44,491 nucleotides of DNA from Chiloscyllium plagiosum (lineage: Eukaryota). The translations under genes and the position numbers were made by a program. The DNA is taken from contig NC_057759.1 in NCBI RefSeq assembly GCF_004010195.1, positions 3,916,832 to 3,961,322 of the forward strand. The letters run 5' to 3'. Shown here in pieces: positions 25,447 to 35,853 of this stretch (position 1 is the first letter of the stretch; the number at the start of each line of letters is the position of its first letter). The notes beneath the pieces were generated by a model. That model made no database searches. It was given only the letters and a program-made list of their open reading frames with translations, and was not told the DNA's origin.

Positions 25447-27384
25447 TCCCTCTTCGAGGTTTATACCCCTGTTGAGGAGACGTGAACAGATCCTTTCGCT
25501 CCCCTGCGGAAAGTTTAACAAAAGAGCATTTTATTGCCATAATAACATGGAATGCATGGCAAAATGTTAGCTTATGGGCATCCTGCAAACATTATGAAAG
25601 TATCTGCTGAACGGAGCCCAGGTTATGGGTCCCTGCACACACATAGAGAATGTTCTGTAGTTATATCATAGATTGGCTTGAAATGAAAGACAAATAAACA
25701 AGCAGCAAATAAGCAAATTCAGTGTAGAGCTAATTATTTTGTGGAAGGAGTCTCATGAATACTCATGAGAATGTAAGTCCATTAGATATAGTAGCCTTTT
25801 AAATCATTCTGCCATTCAATCGGAGCTGATTGAGTTTGACAAACCTTTCTCGTGCCAACTCCTCATAACTCATGATCCCCTGATCAATCGAGAACCTCAC
25901 TATCTCTGTCTTAAAAAAACATTCACTGACTTGGTCTCCGCAGTCCTCTGCAGCAATGTGTTCCCCAGACTCACCCCTCGCTCGGGCTGACGAAATTCCC
26001 CTTCATCTCAGTTTTCAAGTGTTATCCCTTCCCTTCACTTTGAAGCCCGTAAAAACAGAGAATGTACCTGTTAGTGAATGGGTAAATGGACAGTCAAGAG
26101 TAAGGTAGGTATTGGGGTGTTTGATAAAGATAGCAGATATTCAAATAAATTGATAACTGGGGCCATCCACTTCAGGAATTTGACAGCATGCATTGCAAAC
26201 TAAATAATATTCCTGCTTTATTTCAGCTTCCATGAGATCGTTATTTACTCACGAGATTTAAAAAAGTCTGATAAGTGACGATCTCACCATTTCCCCTTAA
26301 CATTCTGTGAATGTTACCAGTGATGATTATTCCACTATCCAAAGTACGGGGATACCTTTAACTGGAATCTGAACACGAGCAGCCATATGGTGTACAACTT
26401 TGATCCCCTTACTTGGTGAAAGATGTGAATGGATCAACATTTGGCAGACAGGGTTTGATGTGGCTAAGTGTGACGTTGGAATTTTTTTAAAAAGTGCCAT
26501 TCTCTAAATTGAGAGAATCTGCACAGTGCAGAGGGATCTGTGTTACCTTATGCACGTTATCACAGAAAATGAGCGCATAGGATGTGTGTGCCTCTAACTG
26601 CCCAGTATTGTTGCCCATTCATTGTTGCCTTTGAACTGATTGGCTTGCTAAACCATTTCACAAGGTAATTCAGAGTCAACCTTACTGTAGGTCTGGAGCC
26701 ACATGCAGGCGAGAACAGATAAGAATGGCAGATTGAAGGGAATGAATGAAGCAGATATCTTTTTCCAATGATAGCGGTTTCAATTTTTTATTCCAGATTT
26801 TCTTATCATATTTAATTCAAATTCTACCATTTTCTGACGTGGTATTTTAACCCAGGTTCCCCGGAGTATTAGCTGAGTAGTTAGATTAATAATTCTAGCA
26901 AAAACACCACTATCTCCTTGTGCACATTAGTTAGCAATTCGATGTTAATTTGACCATGCAATTGTCTTTGAGAGAGAAAGTATAGGGCTATGTTTCCATC
27001 TGCCCAGTTGCTGAAATGCATAACATATTTTCATCTGTTTTTGAGGATTTCTTGCATTTGCCCTGATAAAATATTTGGGCACCGCAGTCCATTGTGTAAC
27101 AATATTCAACCATGTGGTGACATTCTGGTGAGCTCATCATTGAAGGAAGTGCGAACAAACATTGAATTTATTGATCGAGGAATGAGGAATCAAAGGTTTA
27201 CATAGACTTAGCTAACTGAAAATAATTGAGTAGAAAATGGATTAAAGGAGAAAATATATCACAATCTCTAGAATTTACACAATTTCCAATTGCAACTGTA
27301 ACACTCGTAAATTCAATAGGACAAAAAAAAAAGCTTATTATTTGATGTTATAGTTGATAATGCTACCTTTAGAGTACTATAGAT

Positions 27385-27790
27385 AGTTCTGGTCACCCTG
27401 CTATGAGAAGAATATCATTAACTTGGAGTGGGTGCAGTAAAGATTTGCAAACGTATTTCCGGGACTGGAGGATATGAGTGAGATCAAGAAGCTTGGTAGA
27501 TTGGGACCTCTTTCCCTTGAGTGGAAGAGGTTGGGTGGTGACCTTATAGAAGTGAGGGACATAGATAAGGGGAATAGACAAGATATTTTCTCTGGGGAGT
27601 GGAATTCAAAACTAGAGTGCAAATGTGAAATTAGAAACGTGCAAAATTAAAAGAGACTGGTGGGGGGGGGGGTGACGTTTTCACACAGAGTGTGATTGAT
27701 GTCAGGGTGGAACTGCCAAAGGAAAGTGTAGATGTAGTTACAGCTACAACATTTATAAGACATTTGGAAAGGCCATACTACCAATGGATC
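27385..27790 (+). mobile_element. CR1-type LINE 3' fragment
   Basis: TTCTGGTCACCCTGCTATGAGAAG (FWSPCY)...GGTGACCTTATAGAAGT. Confidence 0.75.
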
Positions 27791-28090
27791 ATGGGGCTGC
27801 TGTCTTGCTGGAGGGAGAGGGAGGGGTCGGAGTTGGATTTTTATCTGAGGGTCACTACACATCAGGCACAGGATGAGCAGGAGAAGGGGAGTCGTTCATG
27901 GTAACATCAGCCAGTGTCAGGAGCGAACCTATGTATTTGCATCATTCCGTATTAACAAACTGTCTGCCCAGCTAACTGCCCGCCAGTGTAATGTGGAACT
28001 TGCCAAGGCAGAAAATGGAAACAAGTGTAAGGGAACATCGAGGATTTAGAGCCAAAGCAATAATGGCCATTTTACTTGTCAGTATCAAAC

Positions 28091-28186
28091 CGTTTGTAAA
28101 ATGTTCGACAATGATGACCACCATCATAATGAGCACGAAGACACTGAGGCAGAGATGCACCAAAGTCACAGCAGTATGGTCTCGTT
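28091..28186 (-). CDS. Transmembrane exon of an LRC/FcR-like activating-type receptor: (E)RDHTAVTLVHLCLSVFVLIMMVVIIVEHFTN
   Basis: Acceptor TTTTTCTCCTTGTGCAG (phase 1). The DHT..xLxH-hydrophobic-EH pattern parallels NKp46 [27 protein letters not shown]. The 3' boundary is uncertain (donor after 28091 or 28076, or read-through to the stop at 27972). Confidence 0.72.
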
Positions 28187-28449
28187 CTGCACAAGGAGAA
28201 AAACCCAGTTTAGATCGCTTAGTGTTGGGGAACTGACCAGATTGACAGAAATGATTGAAGAGCAGAGAAGCACCGAACTCCTCATTGAATATCCAAATAA
28301 CCTTGGAACGGTTACAATGAAAGCCAACGAGTTCGGATCAGAAGGGAGGAGTAAGAGTGTAACTGTGTTGTCCACAAAAGCAAAGGAAGGGAGGGTTAGA
28401 ATTTGCCTGAATTGGTCAATGGAAGGGATTTCCAGAAACCAGATGCATA

Positions 28450-29460
28450 CAAAAAAACAAGAGGCCCTTCAGCCCATCAAACTTGTACTACAGAAACGTA
28501 CACTCCTGCCCAAATATCCACTGTAGGCCCATTTCCTTGAAAGTGAAGAAACCTCAAGTGGATATTTGTGTACTTCTTCAAGATAGTGAGGTTCCCTGCA
28601 TCCCAGGCAGTGCATTTCAGACATTACTGTGCTCTGGGTGATAAATAGATCCTTAAATGCCTTCTAAGGCGCCAGTCTTTCACATTAAGTTGATACCACC
28701 CCTTGTTTTTGGCCCTTCGATTCAGGGGAACAGCTACTTCCTATCCCCATATCCATGCCCCTCAATATTACACATCTTTACCAAACCTCCACTTTTTCAG
28801 TTCCAAAGAAAACATCTTGCTGAATCTCCTCTGTAAACCGACCGCTACCCACCCCCCAACCAAAGTAACCACATTTTTCCTACAGTGCGGAGACTGGATC
28901 TGTACGCAGTGGCAGTTGAGGTCACTTTTTTATCGCTGGATTGTAGGAGCTTTAGGGGTGATCTTATGCAGGTTTACAGAATCATGAGGGGCATATATAA
29001 GGTGCATTGGCAAGGTCCTTCCCTCAGTAGAATGTGAGGACTGCCGATGATGGAGGTCAGAGTCAAAAAGTGTGGAAAAGCACAGCAGCTCAGGCCGTAT
29101 CCGAGGTCCAGGAAAGCGGAATCTCAAACTAGAGGGGATAGGTTTAAGGTGAGGGGAAAATACTTAAAAGGCAATTGTTTCTCATTGAGGGTGATGTGTT
29201 TATATAGAATGAGCTGCAGTTTAAGTGGTAAAGGTGGGTACAATTATAACATTTAAAAGATCTTGATCGATACATGCTGAAAATGTGTTGCTGGAAAAGC
29301 GCAGCAGGTCGGGCAGCATCCAAGGAGCAGGAGAATCGACGTTTTGGGCATGAGCCCTTCTTCAGGAAAGGGCTCGATACATGGCTAGGAAACGTTAAAA
29401 GGGCATGGGGACCAAATGCAGGTAAATGAGATTGGGTCAGTTTGGGATGGCTGGCCAGTG
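28450..29460. mobile_element. Nested CR1 fragments (both strands) with PLE insertions
   Basis: CR1 3' motifs GGTGATCTTAT..AGGTTTACAGAATCATGAGGGGCAT and AGAGGGGATAGGTTTAAGGTGAG interrupted by pLTR-like pieces. Confidence 0.7.
29277..29373 (-). mobile_element. 97-bp PLE-derived insertion with 10-bp TSD and mutated hammerhead
   Basis: TSD TCGATACATG (29267-29276 and 29374-29383); CUGAAGA-A-GGGC(UCAU)GCCC-AAAA-CGUC at 29334-29369. Confidence 0.8.
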
Positions 29461-31063
29461 CGGTTCGAGTTGGACACAACCAAACAAATTGTTTTCTTCC
29501 ACCTTCAAATCACCATGACGTTTTCTTTCTTTTTATCCATAAACTGCCACCAGTTAACCAGCCAATCAGATATTGACAAGGAAAGCCCATTCTCGATAAT
29601 ATAAACATTAACTGAATGACTTTCCCATCATCAATTCACCCTGCCTTTCATTTTGTTTTTGAAACGACAAATCACTACCAGAACTCGGTCTGATTTTTAA
29701 TTTTCTTTTAACCCAGATGTCTTATCACACACGGCTTTCCAACCACCAAAATCTCTGACCTACACTTTTTTTTTCTTTTCTCCCCTCTTTTCTATCTGTG
29801 AGCCGCCACCAGTAAATCACCAATTTGCCATTTACCTGACCATGAAATCCATTAAAAGTGTGGAGGATGTAGGGAAAGTGGTCAAACCAAGATGGAATTA
29901 GGCGGAGAAAAAAGCATTGTATCTATTGCGGTGCTCACCTCTCTCGAAAGGCATTGAGAGCAGTAGGAGACAGCAATTGCTCTCGCCACAATGACAGCCA
30001 AGCATAGATGTGGGCAGGGGTTCGTTTTATTAAAACATTATTTCTAACGAATCTTTTCAGAGTTGCTATTGAACACTTCTGGCGGACGTGGGTCTTGAAC
30101 CCTGGTCTCTTCGTTCAGTGGAAGGGGCAGAACCTCTCCATCACAAGAGGTACGGGAGCTGGGGGTGAGATGATGCTTCATTTTTCTTTCTCTCTTGTGC
30201 CTTTTTGGCTCAAAGCCCTCTATTTTATTTTCTTCCCCCAAATCACCCGCGTTAATGTATATAGTGATTTTCTCTATTTGTAGATATAGTGAGACAGTAG
30301 GAAAAGACACTGTTATGAATGGACTGGATTATGTATACGTTTTTCCATCACAAAGAAAACACCCGAGTGGCTAAGTATTTATTAAAAAGCAATGCCCATT
30401 AAGGGCAATGCCTATATTAAAAAAGTGAAAGAGAATAGGGAGAAAGGGAGGGAACTAAATCAGATTGAAGTTGAAGGAGAAAATAAAGCACTTTATCCCT
30501 CGCAGTTCCCAGCTCAGGCTAAAGACACCAACGAATTTCTGTCATTCAATTGGATAGTCCCACCCAGTCCTCTGTTCTCCGCTTTGATGGCTTTAGTGAG
30601 GAACTATATCAGAACCTAAGGGGCAGGTCATATATACTGGTCATATCACAGACTAGCAATCGAGCAGACCAAGGTGGCAATCCACAGGGTGGGTTCAAAC
30701 CCCCCTGCTTCACTTTGAGAGTCATTGGGTAACAGCGATTCAGTCTCTGTCAAAACCATGCCATCCACCCACTTGCCATCCTCAGAATAGTCCTTCCTGG
30801 AGACCACTGCCTGTCCTTAACCCTTCCCTTTCCAGATCCAATTGCCACCAAACTTCGAATGGGCAAGCTACCCAGTACAAGGGTATGTGGCTCACAATGT
30901 GGCAGCAATGCCTGAGACAGGTGGGGTAGACAAGATGGGTGAAGGTCACCGTCAATCGATTCCGTGAATATTCATGAACCTTTGTGCAGCCTTGTTTATC
31001 TTTAGGAATTATTAGAAACACCCCAACAAAGAGGTTGGTTTATCTAAGAGTGGTGAGCCTCAC

Positions 31064-31339
31064 AGGATATTCTCACAAGAATGCTATTACTGTAGGGTGT
31101 TTTATGGGTCGATGTGGAAGTTTAGCATCTGTACTCCCCATCATCCTCCTGTCTATCAGCCTCTATGATGTAAGTCTTCCCTTTGAACTCTTCGATCATG
31201 TTGTTTACGATCCAGTTATAGTTCGTCGCACGTACCTCCCGACCGGCATCGCAGCTAAGAGTGATCCGGTCGCCCATGAACAATCTGTCCCACATTGACT
31301 CCATCGTTAGTACGGGTAATCCAGTCTCCACTGAGGAAC
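31064..31339 (-). pseudogene. C2-type Ig-domain exon of an Fc receptor-like (D1-type) protein with one in-frame stop
   Basis: GSSVETGLPVLTMESMWDRLFMGDRITLSC..NYNW..DDGEYRC*TSTSTHKTPYSNSILVRIS. Cys pair with 41 residues between, conserved W and DxGxYxC. Phase-1 acceptors (exon start 31339 or 31330) and phase-1 donor T|GTGAGG. TAA at 31124-31122. Confidence 0.82.
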
Positions 31340-31567
31340 CTAATCCGTACAAAAACACGCACAGCCACAAGGGAAAGAACTGAAATCAGCGTGTTGCAGT
31401 AGCTTGCCACTCTGACAACTCAAGCTGTCTTGGGTTGATGAGTGGTAAGTAACATTCCCACTTCACACATCGCAGGCAATTACTATCTCCAATAAGAGAG
31501 AATTGAACCATCACCCTCTTGACATTCAATTGTGTTAGCATCTCTGAATCGCCTCAATATCAATATG

Positions 31568-32365
31568 CATAGTCCAAACATGTGCAGGTTTGCTGGATTA
31601 GCCATGGTAAATTGTCCTGTATTATTCAAGGATGTGCAGTGTCAGTGGGTTAACTGTGGTAAACGTGGAGTTACATCTGCATCTGCATGGGATCCGCTTT
31701 GTAGAGTTGTTGCAGGGGAATGGGCCAAATTACCTCTCCCTGCACTGGGAAATTCTATGTGCTGTAAATGAAAGTGAGACTTTTTCTATCATTGTCAGTC
31801 TCAACAGTGTAAAGCAGTTTGGATCATTTTCACAACTTTTATTCAATGGTAGTTTTTAAATTGTAAGTTATATTCTGCATCTGTATTTTGCATTTATTGT
31901 TCACATGTTTATAACCAGACCACTTTATGAGAGCTTTCGCATTCTGTGTCCAATAACCTCTGCGTACGGCACGGTGACACAGTACCTCTGGGCGGCACGG
32001 TGGCACTGCTGCCTCACAACGCCAGAGACCCGGGTTCAATTCCCGCCTCTGGCGACTCTCTGTGTGGAGTTTGCACATTCTCCCCGTGTCTGCGTGGGTT
32101 TCCTCCGGGTGCTCCGGTTTCCTCCCGCAATCCAAAAATGTGCAGGTTAGGTGAATTGGCCATGCTAAATTGCCGTAGTGTTAGGTGAAGAGGTAAATGT
32201 AGGGGAATGGGTCTGGGTGGGTTGCGCTTCAGCGGGTCGGTGTGGACTTGTTGGGCCGAAGGGCCTGTTTCCACACTGTAAGTAATCTAATCTAATCTAA
32301 TCTAATCTAATCTATCTGTATGAATGTGTACCTCTTCATGTCAATATTTGATTTCCTTTAGGACA
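31568..32365 (+). repeat. Diverged segmental duplicate of ~40010-40590
   Basis: Colinear match, e.g. TTATTGTTCACATGTTTATAACCA.ACCACTTTATGAG.GCTTT.GCATTCTGT.TCCAATAA.CTCTG in both copies. Confidence 0.85.
31991..32313 (+). mobile_element. Young HE1-type SINE with (TAATC)n tail
   Basis: B box GGTTCAATTCC, long perfect tail; absent from the paralogous site near 40533. Confidence 0.92.
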
Positions 32366-33480
32366 GGTATGATGTTTTGGAAAGTGTAGGGGTTGATGGC
32401 TGTTCATGCTACGTTCCCCTGAGAATCCAAGTTTCTGGTACTGAGACTGGCTCTAATGCAACAGGGGTATGTTGGCTTCCAAGAGATCAATTATGTTAGG
32501 TGGTTGTGTAGTCAGAGGTACAGACAGATGTTTCTGTGACCAGCAGCGATAAAGCAGAATGGTGTGTTGGTTCTCTGTTGCGAGGATCAAGGATGTCTCA
32601 GAGAGGGTACAGAATGTTCTCACATGGGAAGAGGGGGCAGCAAGAGGTCATTGTCCACATTGGAACCAACGACAGAGGAAGGGAAAAGGTTGAGATTCTG
32701 AATGGAGATTACAGAGAATTAGGCAGAAATTTAAAAAGGAGGTTACTCTCAGTGCTACAAGCTAGTGAGGGCAGGAATAGGAGGATAGAGCAGATGAATG
32801 CATGGCTGAGGAGCTGGTGGATGCGGAAGGATTCACATTTTTGGATCATTGGAATCTGTTTTTGGGTAGAAGTTACGTGTACAAAATGGACGGATTGCAC
32901 CTAAATTGGAAGGGGACTAATATACTGGCAGGGAAATTTCCTAGGTCTGCTCGGGAGGATTTAAACTATAGTAAGGTTGGTGGGGTGGGGTGGGGGGGGG
33001 GGTGAGAATGGCGGGTGGGAACCAAGGAAATAGTGAGGAAAGAGATCAGTCTGAGACTGGTACTGTTGAGAACAGAATCGAATCAAACAGTCGCGACTCA
33101 AACAATCAGGGCAAGCAGAGACAAAGTAGGACTAATAAATTAAACTGCATTTACTTCAAAGCAGGGGGCCTAACAGGTATAGACAGGATAGATCGAGTGA
33201 ATCCTTAGAAGAGTATACAGGAAGTATGAGTATACTTAAGAGGGAAAGATTTAAAAGAGACCTAAGGGACACACAGAGGATGGTACGGGTATGGAATGAG
33301 CTGCCAGAGGAAGTGGTGGAGGCTGGTACATTTGCAACATTTAAGAGGCGTTTGGATGGGTTTGGAGGGATATGAGCCAGGTGCTGGCAGGTGGGACTAG
33401 GTTGGGTTGGGATATCTGGTCAGCATGGACAGGTTGGAACAAAGATTCTGTTTCTATGCTGCACATCTCTATGACTCTAT
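32362..33480 (+). mobile_element. Internally deleted CR1 LINE: ORF1 SGNH-esterase, start of ORF2, then 3' end
   Basis: VIVHIGTND, GFTFLDHW..DGLHLNWKGTNILAG and LNCIYF, then 3' UTR ending CTCTATGACTCTAT. Confidence 0.88.
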
Positions 33481-33941
33481 GAGACATAAGGGGCAGTTTT
33501 ATTTTTAAACAAAGAGAGTGGTAGCATTGGAACACACTGCCAGGGGTGGAGATGGAGGAAGATACAATAAGGATATTGAAAGGACTTTTAGGTAAGCAAT
33601 GAACATGTACGAAATGGAGGGTTATGGACCTAGACCAGGCAGAAGAGATTAATTGCATTTTGGCGGCATGTTTGGCACAACATGGTGGGCAGAAGGAGCC
33701 TTTCCTGTCCTGTACTGTTCGATGTTCAGATTTTAATTCAGGATATATTTTGGATGAGAATTCGTTCAAGTTGATTGGAACTGGGTAGGATGCATTTAGA
33801 ATATAGATTTAAAACTATAAAACTATAGTGATTGACTCTTGGTTTGAACATATCTCTCTGGGAATGGAGCTCAATGTGAGTCTGACTCAATCCACGCTGA
33901 CTGTGGAAAGGATGTTCTTCGCTCTGACAGTAATAACATAC

Positions 33942-33996
33942 CTGCTGTCTGTTCGAAGCAGCTGTCACACATTATCTTGGTCCTTTGAGTACTTGC
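33942..33996 (-). CDS. Candidate 55-nt exon, ASTQRTKIMCDSCFEQTA
   Basis: Strong acceptor TCTCTTCTGTCTTTCTCCAG and donor CAG|GTATGT. Only the phase 0 to 1 frame is open. Confidence 0.45.
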
Positions 33997-34400
33997 CTGG
34001 AGAAAGACAGAAGAGATACCTCCTGTAATTCAACATCAGCTGTGATTGGCAATATCAATGTAACATTCAGTTCCTCATCATTAAGGTTTTTTTTATTTAA
34101 AGCCAGCAATTTAAACAGAACCACGTGTCTGATTCCACTTCTGCCCTGAGCTGTTCCTTGTCCATTTTTTAAAATTCTAAGCCCAAAGGAATGAGATCTA
34201 GAAGTGAAACAACACCCATACAGCTCCATAAATGGAGCCTACCTGATGCAAGTGGGTATGTGGATATGTGAGTTTAGTTATTGATCTATACCTGTCAGTT
34301 CCTGCTTGGAGAATGTGAGAGTGTAGCCATCAAACTGTAACATTCAATATATGGTCAATATATTTACATACACTGTACAGACTGGCAGTGTCCAATTGAT

Positions 34401-34617
34401 GGTGAAACTTTATTGCTGGAACAGCACAGCAGGTCAGGCAGCATCTAGGGAACAGAAGATTCGACGTTTCGGGCACATGCCCTTCTTCAGGAATGTTCCC
34501 TAGATGCTGCCTGACCTGCTGTGCTCTTCTGTTCCCTAGATGCTGCCTGACCTGCTGTGCTGCTCCAGCAATAAAGTTTCAGCTTTGATCTCCAGCGTCT
34601 GCAGACCTCACTTTCTC
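34401..34617. mobile_element. Fold-back PLE insertion with perfect 15-bp TSD
   Basis: TSD CAGTGTCCAATTGAT (34386-34400 and 34618-34632); inverted pLTR arms. Confidence 0.88.
34459..34494 (-). ncRNA. Minimal type I hammerhead ribozyme motif (intact)
   Basis: AUUC-CUGAAGA-A-GGGC(AUGU)GCCC-GAAA-CG-UC-GAAU; perfect 4-bp helix I and 4-bp helix II. Confidence 0.8.
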
Positions 34618-34639
34618 CAGTGTCCAATTGATACCTATT

Positions 34640-35850
34640 GAATCATAAAACTAATACAGCACAGAGGGGGCTATTCGGCCCATCTTGTTCATGCCAACCC
34701 AAAGACCCCCAGAGGCCCTTTCTCATCCTATCTTCTTGCATCAGCCCGTAGCCTTGCAGTTAATGGAACTGGAGGTGCAGTTCCAGGGATTTTTGTTTAA
34801 AAGAGTTTAGGGTCTCTGCCTGTGCCACCAAATCAGGCAGCGAATTCCACATACCCACCACTCTATGATAAAAAACATTTTCCTCACATACACCACTTTG
34901 TTTGAATCAATGATCCCTGGTGTTTGAACTCTCTGCCAAAGGAAACAGGTTCCTCCTGTGAACGATATTCTCTCCCTATTTCGTGAAAAATCACACAACA
35001 CCAGGTTATAGTTCAACAGGTTTATTTGGAAGCACGAGCTTTCGGAGTTCTTCTCCTTCATTAGTAGCTCACTATTTAATATTCCTTAATCATGTCACCT
35101 CTGTTCCAAAGACTATAACCCCAATCTCTCCAATCCCTCCCGATAGCTACAATTCACCAGCCCTGGCAACATTCCAGTAAATCTCTTCTGCACTCTCTCC
35201 AGAGCTATGACATCCTTCCTGTGATGTAGTGACTTGACTGGAACAATACTCCGGTTGTAGCCTGAACAGTGCTGCCTTGTACGGTTTCATTGTTATATCC
35301 CTACTTTTGTATTTCATCCCTCTGCCCGTGAAGGAGAGCATTTCATGTGCCTTCTTTACAACCCCATCTACCTTTAGGGACTTTACAACCCCATCTACAC
35401 TTGCACACCAAGATCTCTCACTTACCCTGCTCCCTCAGCAGATTCCCATTTATTTTCTATTCCCATTTACTGTTTGACTTCCCAAAATGCATTCCCACAC
35501 ACGTTATCAGAGCTGAACTCCATCTGCCACTTTCCTGCCCACTCCACCAAACCATCTGTAATAATTTTGGAGCTTACAGCTATCCTCTACACTATCCATT
35601 AAATGGCCAATTTTTGTGTCATCTGCAAATTTCACAAACCTGCCCACCACATTCAAGTCCAAATCCTTAAAGTATAAAACAAACAGGAGAGGTCCCAACA
35701 CTGAGCCATGCAGAGCACCACTTGAAACAACGTTCCATTCACAAGAGTAGCCATCAACCATTACCATTTGTTTCCTCTTACTAAGCCAACTTTGCATCCA
35801 ATTCAACACATTACCCTGTAACCCACAGCTTTTACTTTGTGAACCAGTCT
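34640..35850 (-). mobile_element. CR1 LINE RT region with nested PLE fragment (~34983-35065)
   Basis: SWLSKRKQMVMV..GSVLGPLLFVLY..KFADDTKIG. Confidence 0.9.
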
Positions 35851-35853
35851 GAT

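Noticed and set aside
32536..33005. Cellular GDSL/SGNH esterase gene
   Set aside because: Frameshifted ORF1 of a CR1 LINE, contiguous with LINE ORF2 start and 3' end.
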